From positions 1 through 29,269 of the forward strand of contig CAYWBF010000001.1 in NCBI GenBank assembly GCA_964456085.1: 29,269 nucleotides of DNA, given 5' to 3'. A program made the position numbers and the translations under genes. The notes beneath the pieces are model-generated. The model was given only the letters and a program-made list of their open reading frames with translations. It was not told where the DNA came from and made no database searches. Source of the DNA: an uncultured Eubacteriales bacterium (GTDB taxonomy: Bacteria; Bacillota; Clostridia; Lachnospirales; CAYWBF01). Within the stretch, counting starts at the first letter, position 1, and each line of letters begins with the position of its first letter. Positions 7,122 to 15,834 of this stretch are shown here, one piece after another.

Positions 7122-8747
7122 GTGGATTTGTCATATAAAGCACTATACAGAACGCTGCGTCCAAAAAGCTTTGCCGACGTGGTTGGGCAGGAGCATATTG
7201 TTCGTACGCTGAAAAATCAAATTATAAACGAAAGAATAAGCCATGCCTATTTGCTGTGCGGCACAAGAGGCACGGGAAAAACCTCCACTGCCAAGGTGTT
7301 TGCCCAGGCGGTCAACTGCCTTGACAGAAAAGACGGGGAGCCATGCCACTGCTGCCAAATGTGCGTGGACATAGCAGACAAAAAAAGCTTTAACGTCATA
7401 GAGATAGATGCCGCCAGTAACAACGGCGTTGAAAACATAAGGGATTTGCGAGAGGAAGTAAAATATCCCCCTACCGAGGGTTTTTATAAGGTATACATTA
7501 TTGACGAGGTGCATATGCTTTCCACTGGGGCGTTTAACGCCCTTCTGAAAACGCTGGAGGAACCGCCTGTCCATGTAATTTTTATACTGGCTACTACCGA
7601 CCCTCAAAAGGTGCCCCCTACTATCCAGTCCCGTTGCCAGCGGTTCGACTTTAGACGAATATCGGCGGAGGATATTACTAGCTCCTTAAGCAAAATATCA
7701 CAAAAAGAAAATATAGATATAGAGCTTAACGCCATAAAATATATAGCCGCTCTGGCAGAGGGTGCCATGCGAGATGCTCTTAGCCTTCTCGATCAGTGTA
7801 TTTCCTTTCACTACGGCGAGCATATAGCAATGGAAATGGTTCAAGGTGTTTTGGGCACGGCTGATAAGTCTTATTTTTTTATGCTGGTGGACGCTTTAAA
7901 AAGCTACGACAGCCAAGGGTGTCTTGAAATCATCAATAAGCTGATTCAAGACGGCAAGGACGTTTCCCAGTTTGTAACGGAGCTTATTGACCACCTAAGA
8001 AACCTTTTGGTGGCAAAGGCTGTGGGAGAAAACGGCAGCTCCCTTAACTTAACCATAGAAAGCTACCAGCGAATATTATCCCAAAGCAAGGATATTTCCC
8101 AAGAGGCGTTAATTAGCTACATCAACACCTTCTCTGGTGTGCTGGGGCAGATTAAATATTCTGGCAGCGGAAGAATTTTGTTTGAAATAGCCTGTATTAA
8201 GGCATGTAACCCACAAGCAGGTTTATCAGATGACCAAGATAACCTAAAGCTTAGGCTTGAACGGCTGGAAAAGCTGGAAGAAAGGCTTACGGCTGCACCG
8301 TCTCCCCTGCCTGCTTCTGCTCCCTCACACAACGAGGAAAAAAAAACTAAACCAGAAAAAAAGCCCAAAGCAGCAGTAGCCGACTTTGAGCGGGTTAAGG
8401 AAGGGTGGAGCGGCTTTGTGGACTCTGTTAAGCAGCAGATTCTTCTAAAGCAGCTTTTGGCACAAGCAAAGCCGGAATATATTAATCAGGAACTGCTGTA
8501 CATTTTAGTCTCGGATAAATCCTCGCTAAGCCTTCTTAACAGAGACTATGAGGAAGTATCTGAGAAGCTAAACACATATTTTAATAGAAGCTTTTCTTTA
8601 AAAACCTCAACCCGTGAGGATTTTGAGAGGCTTCACAAGGGTGTATACAACGCAACCTCTGAGGAGGTTGACATAGCACAAGCAATAGCCCAAATAGAGG
8701 AAGCTTATCCGGGCTTTTTAAATAATGAAAATGTTAAAATAGTTTAA
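7122..8747 (+). CDS. dnaX: DNA polymerase III subunit gamma/tau
   Basis: YKALYRTLRPKSFADVVGQEH, Walker A GTRGTGKT, Zn motif PCHCCQMC, EIDAASNNG, DEVHML, SRCQRFDF; upstream of ybaB-recR. Confidence 0.97.
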   Translation: MDLSYKALYRTLRPKSFADVVGQEHIVRTLKNQIINERISHAYLLCGTRGTGKTSTAKVFAQAVNCLDRKDGEPCHCCQMCVDIADKKSFNVIEIDAASNNGVENIRDLREEVKYPPTEGFYKVYIIDEVHMLSTGAFNALLKTLEEPPVHVIFILATTDPQKVPPTIQSRCQRFDFRRISAEDITSSLSKISQKENIDIELNAIKYIAALAEGAMRDALSLLDQCISFHYGEHIAMEMVQGVLGTADKSYFFMLVDALKSYDSQGCLEIINKLIQDGKDVSQFVTELIDHLRNLLVAKAVGENGSSLNLTIESYQRILSQSKDISQEALISYINTFSGVLGQIKYSGSGRILFEIACIKACNPQAGLSDDQDNLKLRLERLEKLEERLTAAPSPLPASAPSHNEEKKTKPEKKPKAAVADFERVKEGWSGFVDSVKQQILLKQLLAQAKPEYINQELLYILVSDKSSLSLLNRDYEEVSEKLNTYFNRSFSLKTSTREDFERLHKGVYNATSEEVDIAQAIAQIEEAYPGFLNNENVKIV

Positions 8748-8757
8748 GGAGGATACT

Positions 8758-9099
8758 ATGGCAAAGAATTTTGGCGGTATGGCCGGTATGAATATGAACA
8801 ACCTAATGAAGCAGGCACAAAAAATGCAGAAGCAGATGGAGACTCTCCAAGAGGAGCTTGAAAACAAAACACTGGAGGTAACCTCCGGTGGTGGGGCCGT
8901 TAAGGTTATTATTTCTGGGAAAAAGCAGCTTAAGGAGATTACTATAGACAAAGAGGTTGTTGCTCCCGATGATGTGGAAATGCTTCAGGATTTGATTTTG
9001 ACTGCTGTTAACGAAGCCATTAGACAGGCCGACGAGGTCTTTAATAAGGAAATGGGAAAAATAACAGGCGGCATGGGAATGCCCTCCGGGCTGTTTTAG
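8758..9099 (+). CDS. ybaB: YbaB/EbfC nucleoid-associated protein
   Basis: NMNNLMKQAQKMQ...SGGGAVKV...DDVEMLQDLILTAVNEA; canonical dnaX-ybaB-recR synteny. Confidence 0.96.
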   Translation: MAKNFGGMAGMNMNNLMKQAQKMQKQMETLQEELENKTLEVTSGGGAVKVIISGKKQLKEITIDKEVVAPDDVEMLQDLILTAVNEAIRQADEVFNKEMGKITGGMGMPSGLF

Positions 9100-9108
9100 G
9101 AGCGTGTC

Positions 9109-9714
9109 ATGGGCACAAATTATTATGGAAATGCCGTAACAGAGCTTATAGAACAGCTTTCTCGGCTTCCCGGTATTGGAGGCAAGTCTGCACAAAGGCT
9201 TGCCTTTTATATTATAAATCAGCCGGGGGAAAGGGTTAACGCCCTTGCAACCGCAATCCTTAAAGCGAAAAATGAGGTGAAATACTGCGACCTCTGTTGT
9301 AACCTTACCGATAGAGATACCTGCAACATATGTGCAAGCCCAAAGCGCAGCAGGTCAACCATTATGGTAGTGGAGGATCCACGGGATATGGCGGCTTATG
9401 AGCGTACCAACGAATACACCGGTCTGTACCACGTACTCCACGGAGCAATCTCGCCCTTAAACGGTATTGGGCCAAACGAGCTAAAAATAAAGGAACTGCT
9501 GGCTAGGCTTAAAGACGATACGGTAACGGAGGTTATTATTGCAACCAACCCAAACGTAGAGGGAGAAGCCACAGCAATGTATATCTCCAAACTGGTAAAA
9601 TCGCTGGGCATTAAAACAACAAGAATAGCCCACGGTGTACCCGTGGGCGGAGAGCTTATCTATATAGATGAGGTTACCTTAAGCAGAGCTTTAAAAGGAA
9701 GAATTGATTTTTGA
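9109..9714 (+). CDS. recR: Recombination mediator RecR
   Basis: [14 protein letters not shown] HhH, C4 zinc finger, [34 protein letters not shown]. Confidence 0.98.
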   Translation: MGTNYYGNAVTELIEQLSRLPGIGGKSAQRLAFYIINQPGERVNALATAILKAKNEVKYCDLCCNLTDRDTCNICASPKRSRSTIMVVEDPRDMAAYERTNEYTGLYHVLHGAISPLNGIGPNELKIKELLARLKDDTVTEVIIATNPNVEGEATAMYISKLVKSLGIKTTRIAHGVPVGGELIYIDEVTLSRALKGRIDF

Positions 9715-9742
9715 ATCTAAGCTTTGCTCTGGGTAGGCACCA

Positions 9743-11089
9743 TTAATGATGATTCTTAAGCATATTTGTAAATTTTGTATACTGTGATAGCCACATTAAG
9801 TCAACAGTGCCAGTAGGGCCGTTTCGTTGCTTTGCAATGATAAGCTCTGCCTGGCTTTTTTTGTCTGTGTCAGGATTGTAGTATTCGTCACGATATAGGA
9901 AGCACACCAAGTCGGCGTCTTGCTCTATGGCACCCGATTCTCTAAGGTCGGACAGCATTGGTCTGTGGTCAGCACGCTGCTCACAGGCACGACTAAGCTG
10001 GGATAGGGCAATCACAGGTGCGCTTACTTCTCTTGCAATTGCCTTAAGTGAGCGTGAAATCTCGGAAATCTCCTGTTGACGGTTGTCCGATTTTGAGCTG
10101 CCGGTCATAAGCTGTAAATAGTCTATAATCACAAGGCCAAGATTTTTTTCCATTTTGAGCTTACGGCATTTTGCCCGAACCTCCGCTACGGATATGCCAG
10201 GGGTATCGTCTATGTATAGACTAGCGTTGGCGAGGGGTTCCATTGCTGCTGCAATTTTTGCCCAGTCCTCGTCACGGAGATCGCCGTTGCGAAGTCTTTG
10301 GGAGTCTAGCATTGCTTCTTGGCACAAAAGTCTGTTAACAAGCTGCTCCTTGGACATTTCCAAGCTGAATATGGCTGTGGTAACTTTTTTTCTAACTGCG
10401 GCGTGCTGGGCTATGTTTAGCACAAAGGCGGTTTTACCCATGGAGGGACGAGCGGCAAGGAGCACCAAGTCAGATGGCTGTAAGCCTGAGGTTTTCATGT
10501 CAAAATCATAAAACCCCGTTTCAAGACCGGTAAGCTTAGCCTTGGAATAGTAAATCTTCTCAATTTTCTCAATAGACTCGGTTAAAACCTCATGAATGGG
10601 TGAAAAGTCGGCCGTTTGACGGCCTTCTATTATATCAAAGATGCTCTTTTCTGCTTTTTCAAGAATCTGACCAAGCGGCTCCTTAGCCTGAAAGCTGCTT
10701 TGGGAGATAGATTGAGAAGCCTTAATTAGCTTGCGAAGGGTGGACTTTTCTTCTATTATTCTGCAATATGCCTCTACATTAGCAGAGGTAAAATATAAGG
10801 CGGCAAGCTCTGTAATGAACTCTCTGCCGCCCATTTGGTCTATTACGCCCTTTTCGCCCAGCTTGTCATGTACGGTTATGGCGTCAACGGGCTTGTTTTG
10901 CATAAAAAGCTCCATCATCGCCTCAAAGGCAAGTCTATTTGCAGGCTGGTAAAAATCCTCCGGCTTCAAAATCTCCACAGCCGTCAAAACAGCCTCTCGG
11001 TCAAAAAGCATTCCTGATAATACCCCACGCTCTGCCTCTTGGTCATTAGGTGGAATTTGATTTATTGGGGGTAAGCCGTGCTCGTTCAT
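9743..11089 (-). CDS. dnaB: Replicative DNA helicase
   Basis: PPNDQEAERGVL, AARPSMGKT Walker A, IFSLEM, IIDYLQLM, LSQLSR, DLRESGAIEQDAD, KQRNGPTG; 4-nt overlap with the rplI stop. Confidence 0.98.
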   Translation of the reverse strand: MNEHGLPPINQIPPNDQEAERGVLSGMLFDREAVLTAVEILKPEDFYQPANRLAFEAMMELFMQNKPVDAITVHDKLGEKGVIDQMGGREFITELAALYFTSANVEAYCRIIEEKSTLRKLIKASQSISQSSFQAKEPLGQILEKAEKSIFDIIEGRQTADFSPIHEVLTESIEKIEKIYYSKAKLTGLETGFYDFDMKTSGLQPSDLVLLAARPSMGKTAFVLNIAQHAAVRKKVTTAIFSLEMSKEQLVNRLLCQEAMLDSQRLRNGDLRDEDWAKIAAAMEPLANASLYIDDTPGISVAEVRAKCRKLKMEKNLGLVIIDYLQLMTGSSKSDNRQQEISEISRSLKAIAREVSAPVIALSQLSRACEQRADHRPMLSDLRESGAIEQDADLVCFLYRDEYYNPDTDKKSQAELIIAKQRNGPTGTVDLMWLSQYTKFTNMLKNHH

Positions 11090-11535
11090 TTTTGCTCCTG
11101 AACTTTAACAGCTACCTTGGCAGTAACTTCTTTGTACAGCTTAACGGGTACTTCTTTATCGCCAACAGTCTTAATAGGGTCGGGAAGAACAATTTTCTTT
11201 TTGTCTATTTCTATTTTGAATTCATTATCAATAGCTGTTCCAACCTCCTTGGCTGTAACGCTGCCGAAAAGCTTTCCATTTTCCCCGATTTTAACAGCCA
11301 CGGTAACAGGACGGGACTCAAGCAGCTCCTTTAGCTTCATTGCTTCTTCCTTTTCGTGCTGTATCTTTAGCTCTAGGCTCTTTTTCTTCTGCTCAAGCTG
11401 TCTAAGGTTTGTGTCAGTGGCTTCCAAGCCAAGCTTTTTGGGGATAAGATAATTTCTAGCATGACCGTCGGAGGCGTTAATAATCTGCCCTTTTTTGCCT
11501 ACACCTTTTATATCCTCTAATAGTATAACCTTCAT
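11086..11535 (-). CDS. rplI: 50S ribosomal protein L9
   Basis: MKVILLEDIKGVGKKGQII...GHARNYLIPK, GKLFGSVT. Confidence 0.98.
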   Translation of the reverse strand: MKVILLEDIKGVGKKGQIINASDGHARNYLIPKKLGLEATDTNLRQLEQKKKSLELKIQHEKEEAMKLKELLESRPVTVAVKIGENGKLFGSVTAKEVGTAIDNEFKIEIDKKKIVLPDPIKTVGDKEVPVKLYKEVTAKVAVKVQEQK

Positions 11536-11672
11536 TTTTTACCTCCATATTTTTAACCAAAGGATTGCGAATACAAACCTTGGGATTTTTTATTAGGCTA
11601 GGGGGTTTGGGGGAGTGCAGCTCACCCAAGACTTTAGCTGGTTAAAACCACCTACTTATAGTAGGTAATAGT

Positions 11673-13121
11673 TTATTGATAGTTAGTAATATATTTCGTT
11701 ATTGCAGATTTTAGAATTTCTCTTGCATTATCCAATGTTTCCCCCGGTAGTCTACAGCCGGCAATAGTTTGATGTCCTCCGCCGCCTAAAAGCTCCATTA
11801 CCATCTGCACGTTCATTTTGCCAAGACTTCTGGCGGATATTAAAACGTCGCCGTTAAAATCAAAGCACAGCACAAATGAGGTGGAAATGCCTTTTATTGT
11901 AAGCAGCTCGTCTGCAGCTTGGGCGGCCACGATTGAAGAATCGGAAACATCGTCTTGGCAGGCAGATATGGCAATATCGTCCAAATATGTCTCTGCAGAA
12001 ATGATTGCCTTTGACCGTGCCTTGTACATATCCAAATCTATCTGCATCAACTGCCTAACCTTAATGCTGTCAGCGCCGCTGCGCTTAAGAAAGGCGGCAG
12101 CCTCCAGCGTTCGTGCGCCGGTTTTAAAAACAAACCCCTTTGTATCAATAGTAAGCCCGGCCAAAAGCGCATCAGACTCTATCCCCAGCAGATGGATTTT
12201 GTTGCTTAAATACAAAAACATCTCTGTAATAAGCTCGCAGGTGGAAGAGGCATAAGGCTCATGATAAGAAAGGACGGTGTTATCTATAAAATTTTCGCTT
12301 TTTCTGTGGTGGTCAATAACCACAACGTCCTTAATAAGCCCAAGGAGAGCCGGACAGGAGACGTGGGTTTTTCTGTGGGTATCCACCACAACCAAAAGAG
12401 TTGTAGGGTGTACAAGACTTGTAGCGCTGGCGTTTGTAACAAAAACATCCTTGTATTCCTTCTGGCTTAAAAAGGCTTCATAATGGGATGTAATTGCTGT
12501 ATGGTCATCGTCTATAACTATACTGCAGTGCTTACCCAGTGAGGTCGCAATTTTCTTAACCCCAATGGACGCCCCAAAGGAATCCAGGTCGGGATTTCGA
12601 TGCCCCATAACAATAACGTTTGCACAAGCCTGGATAAGCTCCGTCAGCGCAAACGCCTTAACCCTTGTTCTAACCCTTGTGTTATTGCTTACTTCCTTTG
12701 TTTTTCCGCCATAATAGAAAAATTTGTCGTTACTTTTAATTACAACCTGGTCGCCGCCTCGCCCAAGTGCAAGGTCAATGGCGGCTCTGGCAAACTCCAT
12801 AGAGGAGCTTAGGGGCTGACCCTCATCGTTTATACCTATGCCTATGGAAAGGGTAGTGGGGATTTTGTTTCCCATATTTATTTCTCTAATGGAATTTAAT
12901 ATTTCAAATTTATTTTGCTTAAGGGTTTCCAGATTTTCCTGAGTCATAATCAAAATAAATTTGTCCTTATCAAACTTTCTAATAATGCAGGAAAGGGAAA
13001 GCGCTAAAGCGTTAAGCTTTTTGTCAATATTAGCCACCAAAAGAGAACGGCGAACTTCCTCCATTGATTCTAAAACCTCGTCATAGCTATCAATAAAAAT
13101 AAGCCCAATTACAGTATCCAT
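11673..13121 (-). CDS. gdpP: GdpP-type c-di-AMP phosphodiesterase lacking the N-terminal TM and PAS region (degenerate GGDEF + DHH + DHHA1)
   Basis: ALGRGGDQVVI degenerate GGDEF; GHRNPDLDS, VVDTH, IDHHR, GGGGH motifs; directly upstream of rplI-dnaB as in other Firmicutes; AAGGGAG SD before ATG 13121. Confidence 0.9.
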   Translation of the reverse strand: MDTVIGLIFIDSYDEVLESMEEVRRSLLVANIDKKLNALALSLSCIIRKFDKDKFILIMTQENLETLKQNKFEILNSIREINMGNKIPTTLSIGIGINDEGQPLSSSMEFARAAIDLALGRGGDQVVIKSNDKFFYYGGKTKEVSNNTRVRTRVKAFALTELIQACANVIVMGHRNPDLDSFGASIGVKKIATSLGKHCSIVIDDDHTAITSHYEAFLSQKEYKDVFVTNASATSLVHPTTLLVVVDTHRKTHVSCPALLGLIKDVVVIDHHRKSENFIDNTVLSYHEPYASSTCELITEMFLYLSNKIHLLGIESDALLAGLTIDTKGFVFKTGARTLEAAAFLKRSGADSIKVRQLMQIDLDMYKARSKAIISAETYLDDIAISACQDDVSDSSIVAAQAADELLTIKGISTSFVLCFDFNGDVLISARSLGKMNVQMVMELLGGGGHQTIAGCRLPGETLDNAREILKSAITKYITNYQ

Positions 13122-13214
13122 AGGAACTCCCTTCGGAAAAACAACTTTACATTTATAATATTGAATTATTCATAAGAAATTGTCAAGACCCAACAGAAAA
13201 TATAAAAACAAAAT

Positions 13215-13258
13215 AAAAATCACGTCTTTACTGCATAAAAGCCAAAGACGTGATTTTT
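13215..13258. terminator. Intrinsic terminator after the HAD gene
   Basis: AAAAATCACGTCTTT / AAAGACGTGATTTTT, 15-bp arms. Confidence 0.85.
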
Positions 13259-13269
13259 TTATATTAAAG

Positions 13270-13941
13270 TCACGCGAGCCCTAAGTACCGTGCAATTTCC
13301 ATAGGCTCTGCTACAATCAAGTCTGCATTATTTTCTTCAAGCTCCTGCCTGCTTCTGAACCCCCACAGCACACCGACGGTAAACAATCCGGCGTTTTTCC
13401 CGGTTTGCATGTCTGTTGCAGTGTCTCCGATATACAGGCAATCTTCCTTGTTAACCTGCATTTTGTCAATAATATCCAACGCACCTGCACAGTTAGGCTT
13501 TAAGGGAACGCCCTCTCTGGCTCCGTAGGCTATGTCAAAGGTATTCTTTGGAAACATTGCCTCTAAAACCTTAATGGTTGTTTCATGGGGTTTGTTTGAG
13601 AAAACGGAGATTTTAATACCCTTAGACTTTAGTGCAGTCAAAAGCTCCATTATTCCGTCGTATACTGTAGTTTTATACAGAAAATCAGCGTTGTATGTTT
13701 CATTATAGTAAGCCAGAACCTTTGCTACAGTTTCTTCGTCAGCTCCATTTTCTCCACGTAGGTGTGTAAGACAGCGTACAATGAGTGTTTTTGCCCCGTC
13801 TCCTACGAAAATTTTGTACAGCTCCGTATCAATGCTGTCAAAGCCGAATTTGTTAAGGGCGTTGTTTGAGAAGTGGGCTATAGTGTGTATTGTGTCTGTT
13901 AAGGTTCCGTCTAGGTCGAAAATACATAGTTTACAGTTCAT
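13270..13941 (-). CDS. HAD-IA family phosphatase (phosphoglycolate-phosphatase-like)
   Basis: FDLDGTLTDT motif I, FSNK, KP, YIGDTATD motif IV, GVLWGF; start overlaps the permease stop by 11 nt. Confidence 0.92.
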   Translation of the reverse strand: MNCKLCIFDLDGTLTDTIHTIAHFSNNALNKFGFDSIDTELYKIFVGDGAKTLIVRCLTHLRGENGADEETVAKVLAYYNETYNADFLYKTTVYDGIMELLTALKSKGIKISVFSNKPHETTIKVLEAMFPKNTFDIAYGAREGVPLKPNCAGALDIIDKMQVNKEDCLYIGDTATDMQTGKNAGLFTVGVLWGFRSRQELEENNADLIVAEPMEIARYLGLA

Positions 13942-14839
13942 TTTTCTTCCCCTTCCTTTTTATGGGCTGCTTTCTCAAAGGGTGTATAAAGTATGAAGCA
14001 AGCAGCACAAACACTATGGTAAGAATGGTGTTAATTATAATATTAGTAACCCAAATGGGAAGATACCTTCCCGGATTGGGTACATATGCAAAGTTTACGC
14101 TTCGTACAAGGGCATCTAAAGGAAATGCACCGCTTTGGGTGTTAAGTGCCGACAAAAATCCGAAAAACGGATTAAATGACAAAAAGCCATAGATGGTGTT
14201 AAAACCAAGCCCTACTCTTTGCATTCCACTGGATGAAAGCATAATTTGGTTTGTAACCACAAGTCCAACATACACTCCAAGGGTCAACATCCCAATAAAA
14301 ATATAGCTTACCACTATAGAAGCCACTGTCCTTTTGTAAATAGATGAAAGGAAAATGGTAAAGCTGCCTATCATTGTACCCACAAACAAATAAAATAACC
14401 CAATAGCCAACAGCTCAAATATTGATGCGCCACCAAAAAACAGTACAAGAGCAAAAACAGGGAGTGATGCGGCTATCATCAGCAGAATCATTATAATAGA
14501 AGAAAGCAGCTTGCCGATTATGATGGTTAGGGTAGACATTTTTGTTACAAGCATAAGGTCAAGGGTTTGCCGCTCACGCTCACCTGAGATTGAGCCGCCT
14601 GTCATTGGCGGCACAAAGAGCATTATTAGTCCAAGCTGAAAGCAGCCAAGAAATTGATAGAGCGATGTCACTAAGCTTAAGCTAAACCCTCTGTAGTAAA
14701 TAGTGGAGTTGTTAAGAGCAACGGAGATTGCCAGTATTACCGCCAAAAACAAAACATACAGACTTATTGAGCAAAAGGTGCGAAAGCTTCTAAGCACCGT
14801 TTGGTTTTCTCTATGAAATACAGGATTCAAATTATTCAC
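13931..14839 (-). CDS. ABC-2 type transporter permease
   Basis: Multiple TM helices; GGSISGERERQTLDLMLVT...IIIGKL signature. Exact start (GTG) is uncertain. Confidence 0.88.
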   Translation of the reverse strand: MNNLNPVFHRENQTVLRSFRTFCSISLYVLFLAVILAISVALNNSTIYYRGFSLSLVTSLYQFLGCFQLGLIMLFVPPMTGGSISGERERQTLDLMLVTKMSTLTIIIGKLLSSIIMILLMIAASLPVFALVLFFGGASIFELLAIGLFYLFVGTMIGSFTIFLSSIYKRTVASIVVSYIFIGMLTLGVYVGLVVTNQIMLSSSGMQRVGLGFNTIYGFLSFNPFFGFLSALNTQSGAFPLDALVRSVNFAYVPNPGRYLPIWVTNIIINTILTIVFVLLASYFIHPLRKQPIKRKGKKNEL

Positions 14840-14889
14840 CTCATTTTTTAAAGCTTAGAATTTACAAGTAGCCGCTACAGAATATGCCT

Positions 14890-15831
14890 TTAAGCAATAC
14901 TCCCATCTGTAAGCTGCATATAAATTTCCTCAAGGTTGCCCTCGTTTTCACGAATGTTAAGTACAGGTGCGCCTTTGGCTACAGCCTCGGCAATTAACCG
15001 AGCAAGACTTCTGTCATCACCAGAGAAGCCAAACTCTACCTCGGTGTAGCTTTCCTTCAATACCTTCTCTGAAACAACGCTTACCTCGGAATTCCCTTCC
15101 AAAATATTTAACAGCGTTTCATTTTTCTCAAGGAGCTTAATAAAAATCCTACGCTCCCGTGAAAGGCTTCGCATAATTTCATCTACCGAGCCTTGGGCAA
15201 CCATCTTCCCCTTGTCAATAATGCCTACGGTTGTGCAAAGCTCTGCCAGCTCCATTAATATGTGTGAGCTGATAATTACCGTTTTCCCAAGGGTGCCAAG
15301 CTGTTTCAATATGGTTTTTATCTCTACCCTTGCTCTTGGGTCAAGCCCCGAGGCAGGCTCATCTAAAATAAGCACCTCCGGGTCATGGATTAAGCTTCTT
15401 GCAAGGCATAGTCTTTGCTTCATACCTCTGGACAGTGAATCCACATAGGTGTTCTTTTTATCAGCAAGGTCAACTAGCTCCAACAGGCTGTCTAATTTCT
15501 GACCACGTTCCCATTGTGGCAGATAGTAGGCAGCGGCATAAAAATCCATATACTCGCTTACCTTTAGGTTATCATAAACCCCGAAAAAGTCGGGCATGTA
15601 GCCGATTTTTTCCCGTAAGGCACGGGGGCTTTTGGTTACGTCTATGTCGTTTACCTTAACCATACCCGAGGTTGGGGAAAGCAGTCCTGCAATTATTTTC
15701 ATTGTGGTAGTTTTACCGGCGCCGTTGGGGCCGACGAAGCCGAATATACTGCCGTCGTTTACGGTTAGATTTAAGCTGTTAAGCGCAGTAAAGCTGCCGT
15801 AGGTTTTTACCAAATTAACTATTTCCAGCAT
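14890..15831 (-). CDS. ABC transporter ATP-binding protein (exporter type)
   Basis: GPNGAGKT, LSRGMKQR, LILDEPASGLDP, ISSH. Confidence 0.96.
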   Translation of the reverse strand: MLEIVNLVKTYGSFTALNSLNLTVNDGSIFGFVGPNGAGKTTTMKIIAGLLSPTSGMVKVNDIDVTKSPRALREKIGYMPDFFGVYDNLKVSEYMDFYAAAYYLPQWERGQKLDSLLELVDLADKKNTYVDSLSRGMKQRLCLARSLIHDPEVLILDEPASGLDPRARVEIKTILKQLGTLGKTVIISSHILMELAELCTTVGIIDKGKMVAQGSVDEIMRSLSRERRIFIKLLEKNETLLNILEGNSEVSVVSEKVLKESYTEVEFGFSGDDRSLARLIAEAVAKGAPVLNIRENEGNLEEIYMQLTDGSIA

Positions 15832-15834
15832 TTT

